From positions 64,001 to 128,000 of the forward strand of contig CAZWEM010000004.1 in assembly GCA_964632315.1 (NCBI GenBank): 64,000 nt of DNA. The letters run 5' to 3'. How positions within the stretch are numbered: the stretch's first letter is position 1; each line of letters starts with the position of its first letter. This stretch comes from an uncultured archaeon. GTDB lineage: Archaea; Asgardarchaeota; Lokiarchaeia; Sigyniarchaeales; SOKP01. Shown one piece after another: positions 59,878 to 64,000 of this stretch. Made by a program: the position numbers and the translations under genes. Under the pieces are notes generated by a model. That model did no database searches. It worked only from the letters and a program-made list of their open reading frames with translations, and had not been told where the DNA came from.

Positions 59878-61251
59878 TTAAGTTGTTTTTACTTTATCCA
59901 TTTTTTCTTGATGGAGTTCACTGAGTTTAATCTTCATCCCTATGACTTTTTTCTTAGTGAATGGGAAGAAATATAGACAGATTAACGAAATTCCCAAAGC
60001 CATACCGGGAACTATTACAAAAAGGAAACGTAACCCAAAATCTACATCAACATTCGGATTTGGAATATATTCTTCCCAGCCTGTTTGAATGAAGACTAAA
60101 CTCACTACAGATATAGAAAGAACCATGGATAATCGCATGAAGAAGTTGGCGATACCAAAAAAGATGCCCTCTCGTCGAACTCCCGTTTTTAACTCGTCAT
60201 CATCTATCACATCTGCAACAATGTACCATATAAAGTAAAGCATCCCTCCGAAACCGATTCCCATAAAAATTACGATGATAATTCCTTCCATGTAAGAAGA
60301 AATGAATAACATTGGTATCGAAGCAATAAAATATAAAATTATGGAAATACCATATCCGATCCTACTACCAAGCTTGACATCTAAACCTTTCCATACATAC
60401 ATGAAGGCTATGCCCACAATGTATAGAAGTCCCATTAAAATGGAGGTTTCAAACGCAGTTGTAGTTCCTAATATTCTCCTTGAAAATAAAGGTACGATTG
60501 TAGCTAATAATAGAAGAATGAACTCATACAAAAAGAACATAATAATATAAAGAACAAAACCTAAGTTTTTAAACGCATATTTTATTCCTTGGAACAGTGA
60601 GAAATGTTGCTGGTAGTCAAGCGTGAATTCCTCTCGTTCTTTAGCTCCCCATTTTAAGAAAATTATCAGTGAAACCCCAACTATAATTGAAGTTACAATA
60701 CCGTTCATTAAATACCCGTCTCGAGTGCTAGTATCTCCGATAAAAATTCCGGGTATGATTGCCGCTAAGATCAATCCAACAGCGGCGAAAATCTGTCGTA
60801 TTGTATTCACTTGCGTTCGCTCTTCAACAGAAGTGTAAAGTTCTGGGAAAAGAGAGTCCGTAGGAAGCGCAATGAGAGTATAAGCGGTATCATAAAGTAA
60901 TAACATCATTAAAAGGTAAAAGAATTGGGACATTTGACCTGCTAAAGGAGGAAGCCAAATTAAGATTTCTAAAGCCAATACAGGAAGGAAACCAATCATA
61001 ATGTATATTCGGCGACGACCATATCTGCTATGAGTCCTATCTGAGAGATACCCAATGAGAGGATCATTAAAGGCGTTCCAGATTGTCCAGATAATGTATG
61101 CGGTCCATATTAGATTCATTGCTAATCCCACAGCGGAAAAGTAGAATGTAAATACCCAGAGATTAAACGCAGAGTTGATGAACCATTCAACACCATTTCC
61201 AAGCGAGAAGCTTACTTTCTGACCTAAACTAAATCTTTGACTCATGATCAT
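59878..61251 (-). CDS. GPH (MelB-like) family MFS transporter
   Basis: NDPLIGYLSDRTHSRYGRRR and DDDELKTGVRREG motifs. Confidence 0.9.
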   Translation of the reverse strand: MIMSQRFSLGQKVSFSLGNGVEWFINSAFNLWVFTFYFSAVGLAMNLIWTAYIIWTIWNAFNDPLIGYLSDRTHSRYGRRRIYIMIGFLPVLALEILIWLPPLAGQMSQFFYLLMMLLLYDTAYTLIALPTDSLFPELYTSVEERTQVNTIRQIFAAVGLILAAIIPGIFIGDTSTRDGYLMNGIVTSIIVGVSLIIFLKWGAKEREEFTLDYQQHFSLFQGIKYAFKNLGFVLYIIMFFLYEFILLLLATIVPLFSRRILGTTTAFETSILMGLLYIVGIAFMYVWKGLDVKLGSRIGYGISIILYFIASIPMLFISSYMEGIIIVIFMGIGFGGMLYFIWYIVADVIDDDELKTGVRREGIFFGIANFFMRLSMVLSISVVSLVFIQTGWEEYIPNPNVDVDFGLRFLFVIVPGMALGISLICLYFFPFTKKKVIGMKIKLSELHQEKMDKVKTT

Positions 61252-61350
61252 TCATGTAAAAAATATTTATAAAAGGAGATTAGGATGAACAAAATTTAAC
61301 CTTAATGATTTTATGAGATTGCTAGAAAAACAAGTAATATTCAGACGGTA

Positions 61351-61563
61351 TCAAAGATTAGAATATTTATCTATAATGTACTCCTGTAATGAAAATGCGT
61401 ATTTTTGTAAATTTAAAATCAAGATTTTCTGCTGAATCTCCCTTAGATAACTGACATCAAGCTTTTTGAATTGTTTTTCTAGTTTACCAATAGTATTGAA
61501 AATTGAAACGATTACTTGCCAATCAGAAGCCCATTCATCATCTTGTATAGAAATTTGCTTCAA
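61351..61563 (-). CDS. Small hypothetical protein
   Basis: 70-aa ORF with an AGGAGG ribosome-binding-like site upstream. Confidence 0.6.
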   Translation of the reverse strand: MKQISIQDDEWASDWQVIVSIFNTIGKLEKQFKKLDVSYLREIQQKILILNLQKYAFSLQEYIIDKYSNL

Positions 61564-61672
61564 AATTTTAAGTCCTCCTTAATGTTATTTAAAAGCGTTT
61601 TATACTAAGAAAGACATAACTGATTACATTAAAAAATGTTTACATGATTAAAATTTAGTGATTTTTAACTTC

Positions 61673-62197
61673 TTACTTATCTAATTTAATAACACTGATT
61701 TCTGAGAGATTTTGGGTTATTCTAAAGTGCTTTTTAAAAATATTGTTTGAATTATGGTTCACAAATATTCCTAATAATAAATCTATAAGAATGAAAGGCG
61801 TGGCTTTGGAAACATTATTTAGAAAATATTGAGTAAATTTTGCTTTTTTGAAGCTTTTTTCATCAACAGATCTGATTTTTAATAAAAATTTTCCGATTGT
61901 TTGACCTTGGTTAAAATATTCAAATAAGAAAAAGTAAAAAAAGCCAATAATAAAGAGGTATACATTCGTATAGATATAAAAATATCCAAAATTAATGTAC
62001 AGCGAAAGTGGAATAACGATTAAAATGATTATCATCATATCAATGAACCAAGAAAAAGATCTTTGAGTAAAATCGGCAAGTATTAATCTTTTATTAACAT
62101 CTTTAACCCGTAAAGATAGATCATATCCACAATGAATGCAAATTCGTGAATCAGATTCTAAATTCTTACCACATTTCGGACAAAAATTAATGTTCAT
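61673..62197 (-). CDS. Zinc-ribbon plus RDD-family membrane protein
   Basis: CPKCG..CIHCG; RSFSWFID and GQTIGK. Confidence 0.82.
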   Translation of the reverse strand: MNINFCPKCGKNLESDSRICIHCGYDLSLRVKDVNKRLILADFTQRSFSWFIDMMIIILIVIPLSLYINFGYFYIYTNVYLFIIGFFYFFLFEYFNQGQTIGKFLLKIRSVDEKSFKKAKFTQYFLNNVSKATPFILIDLLLGIFVNHNSNNIFKKHFRITQNLSEISVIKLDK

Positions 62198-62232
62198 TGG
62201 GAAGAATGAGTTGTTTCTGAAATTTATAATTT

Positions 62233-63381
62233 TTATAAATAAAGTTGAAAATATTGTTCAATTATATTTTTTGTATCTAAAAAATCCGAAACATCAATGA
62301 TACGGTTGAGATCTTGAATATCCATTAATTCAAGCCGATACCGTTCTTTAAAAGCATTCAAAAAATTATCCATTAAATTCTCGATTATAGAATTTTTTCG
62401 ACTCGTATTAATGACGAGGGCAAACCCAAGCTCGACGTCATATTTTACAACTACATCCGATCTTTGAGTTTGAATAACATCTATTTTATCCGTTTTATCT
62501 AAAAATTCACTTAAAATGTGATTTATTCCAATTAAAACGCTTCCCCAAATAGTTGAATCAATATTCCTAGCTTTCTTTTTATCCATTTTATAAGAATATA
62601 ACAGAATTCCTGATTTATGGAAAATGTTTATCCCAAATATTTGGTTTGGTAAAATAAAAAACATTTCGGGATTCCTAATAAGCATAAAATCTACAGCAAA
62701 ACTAGCAATCCAATATAAAATAATAAATAATTCTCTAAAAATTGAATTTCCTATAAAAACGTATAAGAGATATATCATAATTGGGATGATCGAAATTAGA
62801 GTGTTTAGAAAAAGTGGATAACTTTCATCAATTTTACTAGAGGAAAATGCAATTGATAATGATCTATAAAGTAAGTAAACACTGATAGATAATAATAAAA
62901 GAACCACTAATACTAGCGTAAAAGGGCTATATTCATAGTTTATCAATGAAATGTCAGAGATTATAAATTCAAGAGGAATAGAGCTTTTAGTATTAAAAAG
63001 GATTGAACTACCTCTGAATAGATCCCCTATTAATAATCCAAAAAGCATCGTAAAATAAATATTGGGGAGAACATGAAGTTTCCCATAATCTTTGAAAAAA
63101 GAATATATAAAGGTACTTATGATTAAAACAGTGATATAAGCAATTAGAGAGTGTTTCCAAAGGAGTATGTTAATTTCATATGAATAATAGAAGAAAACAG
63201 AAAAAACATAAAATGAAGAAAAAATTATTCCTCCAGTCAGTACCGAAATAGCATTGAGAAAGGCGATTATATTAGTTCCATATTCATTTCTATTTTTAAG
63301 TATGTGAATTACCGTATAAAGTGAACAGAAAAGTATAAAAAGATATCCTATAAGAAATGAAAGAGAAGATACATTTATCAT
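62233..63381 (-). CDS. Seven-TM protein with C-terminal longin-like domain
   Basis: About 7 TM segments, then IFHKSGILLYSY...LIGINHILSEF...FLNAFKERY. Confidence 0.68.
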   Translation of the reverse strand: MINVSSLSFLIGYLFILFCSLYTVIHILKNRNEYGTNIIAFLNAISVLTGGIIFSSFYVFSVFFYYSYEINILLWKHSLIAYITVLIISTFIYSFFKDYGKLHVLPNIYFTMLFGLLIGDLFRGSSILFNTKSSIPLEFIISDISLINYEYSPFTLVLVVLLLLSISVYLLYRSLSIAFSSSKIDESYPLFLNTLISIIPIMIYLLYVFIGNSIFRELFIILYWIASFAVDFMLIRNPEMFFILPNQIFGINIFHKSGILLYSYKMDKKKARNIDSTIWGSVLIGINHILSEFLDKTDKIDVIQTQRSDVVVKYDVELGFALVINTSRKNSIIENLMDNFLNAFKERYRLELMDIQDLNRIIDVSDFLDTKNIIEQYFQLYL

Positions 63382-63495
63382 GTTGAATTTTAATTTTTTT
63401 TGAGCTGATTTCGTTCTATATCTTATTGTATAATGAAGATATGTTCCTAAATATTTATTTATGATTATACTTGTAAGAACTTTTTCCTCCCATAA

Positions 63496-63999
63496 CTACA
63501 AATAAGATCCAAATTCGTCCTTTAAAAGATCAATCGTTTGATTAAATTTAGAAACATCGATTAAACCATTTAAATTCTCTAATGTATCTCTATGTTTCTC
63601 TGAAAACTTTTGGTTAAACTTATCGAGAGATTGCTCCAATAAAGCGCTTCTATGCTTGGCAATCAATAGTGTGGCATACCCTAAATTGTTATTAAAGCGG
63701 AAAAGAATTCCATGATCTCTCAGATTAATTGTATTTATTTGATCCTCAATATTTGAAAAATTAGATAAAATGTGATTAATTCCAATTAGTATACTTCCCT
63801 TTAAAACAGATTCCTCTAATTCTTGACGTTTTTCAAAATCATAGGAGTATAACAAGATTCCTGATTTATGGAAAATAATAAAATTAAATAACTTATTTGT
63901 GAAAACAACAAATAGGGAGGGTTTTTTTAAAATAACATAAAAGTAGAAAAGAGTATTTATTAAATTCAGGATGAGATTAGCATGCTTTAGAAGATCACT
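63496..63999 (-). CDS. Partial CDS running off the window: paralogue of the TM-longin-like protein
   Basis: Frame is open to the window edge (..KPSLFVVFTNKLFNFIIFHKSGILLYSY..LIGINHILSNF) and shares motifs with 62233-63381. Confidence 0.72.
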   Translation of the reverse strand, partial: SDLLKHANLILNLINTLFYFYVILKKPSLFVVFTNKLFNFIIFHKSGILLYSYDFEKRQELEESVLKGSILIGINHILSNFSNIEDQINTINLRDHGILFRFNNNLGYATLLIAKHRSALLEQSLDKFNQKFSEKHRDTLENLNGLIDVSKFNQTIDLLKDEFGSYL

Positions 64000-64000
64000 T

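Noticed and set aside
1287-62821. Many short ORFs in the track that overlap longer genes (e.g. 4802-5137, 6939-7289, 17320-17685, 32485-32682, 38432-38809, 47824-48213, 52229-52585)
   Set aside because: They are antisense or alternate-frame shadows of well-supported genes and have no motifs of their own.
1-64000. Selenocysteine readthrough (known in Lokiarchaeia)
   Set aside because: Genes ending in TGA appear complete and no truncated redox motif or convincing SECIS was seen. The check was by eye and not exhaustive.

Overview
AT-rich, gene-dense archaeal DNA. Gene content points to an Asgard archaeon of the Lokiarchaeia/Promethearchaeota type (inferred, not proven): a small Ras-superfamily GTPase, longin-like domains, a gelsolin-domain protein, Loki-CTERM-like sorting tails, Nre, a PAC2 chaperone and SIR2-TPR. 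About 60 CDS and one tRNA-Leu(CAG) are present; no CRISPR array, rRNA or mobile element was seen. The best candidate for an undescribed system is at 38.3-46.8 kb. It is a dedicated ECF transporter (S, T, fused double ATPase) encoded with three membrane-anchored proteins built from sulfite-oxidase-like Moco-binding folds that lack the Mo-ligating Cys, plus a DOMON/EB_dh-like protein. Two ModE-box-like palindromes lie upstream, and DUF364 and MoxR/VWA genes flank it. The working hypothesis is Mo/W- or pterin-cofactor scavenging. Other notable loci: two divergent non-pyrrolysine MttB paralogues with a corrinoid protein and a Cys/Met PLP lyase; a GTPase coupled to a longin-wHTH protein; a kinase with two coiled-coil-wHTH paralogues; a possible -1 frameshift fusing MoxR to VWA; and an unannotated 45-aa membrane ORF behind the gelsolin gene. 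All family calls come from recognising motifs by eye; no searches were run.
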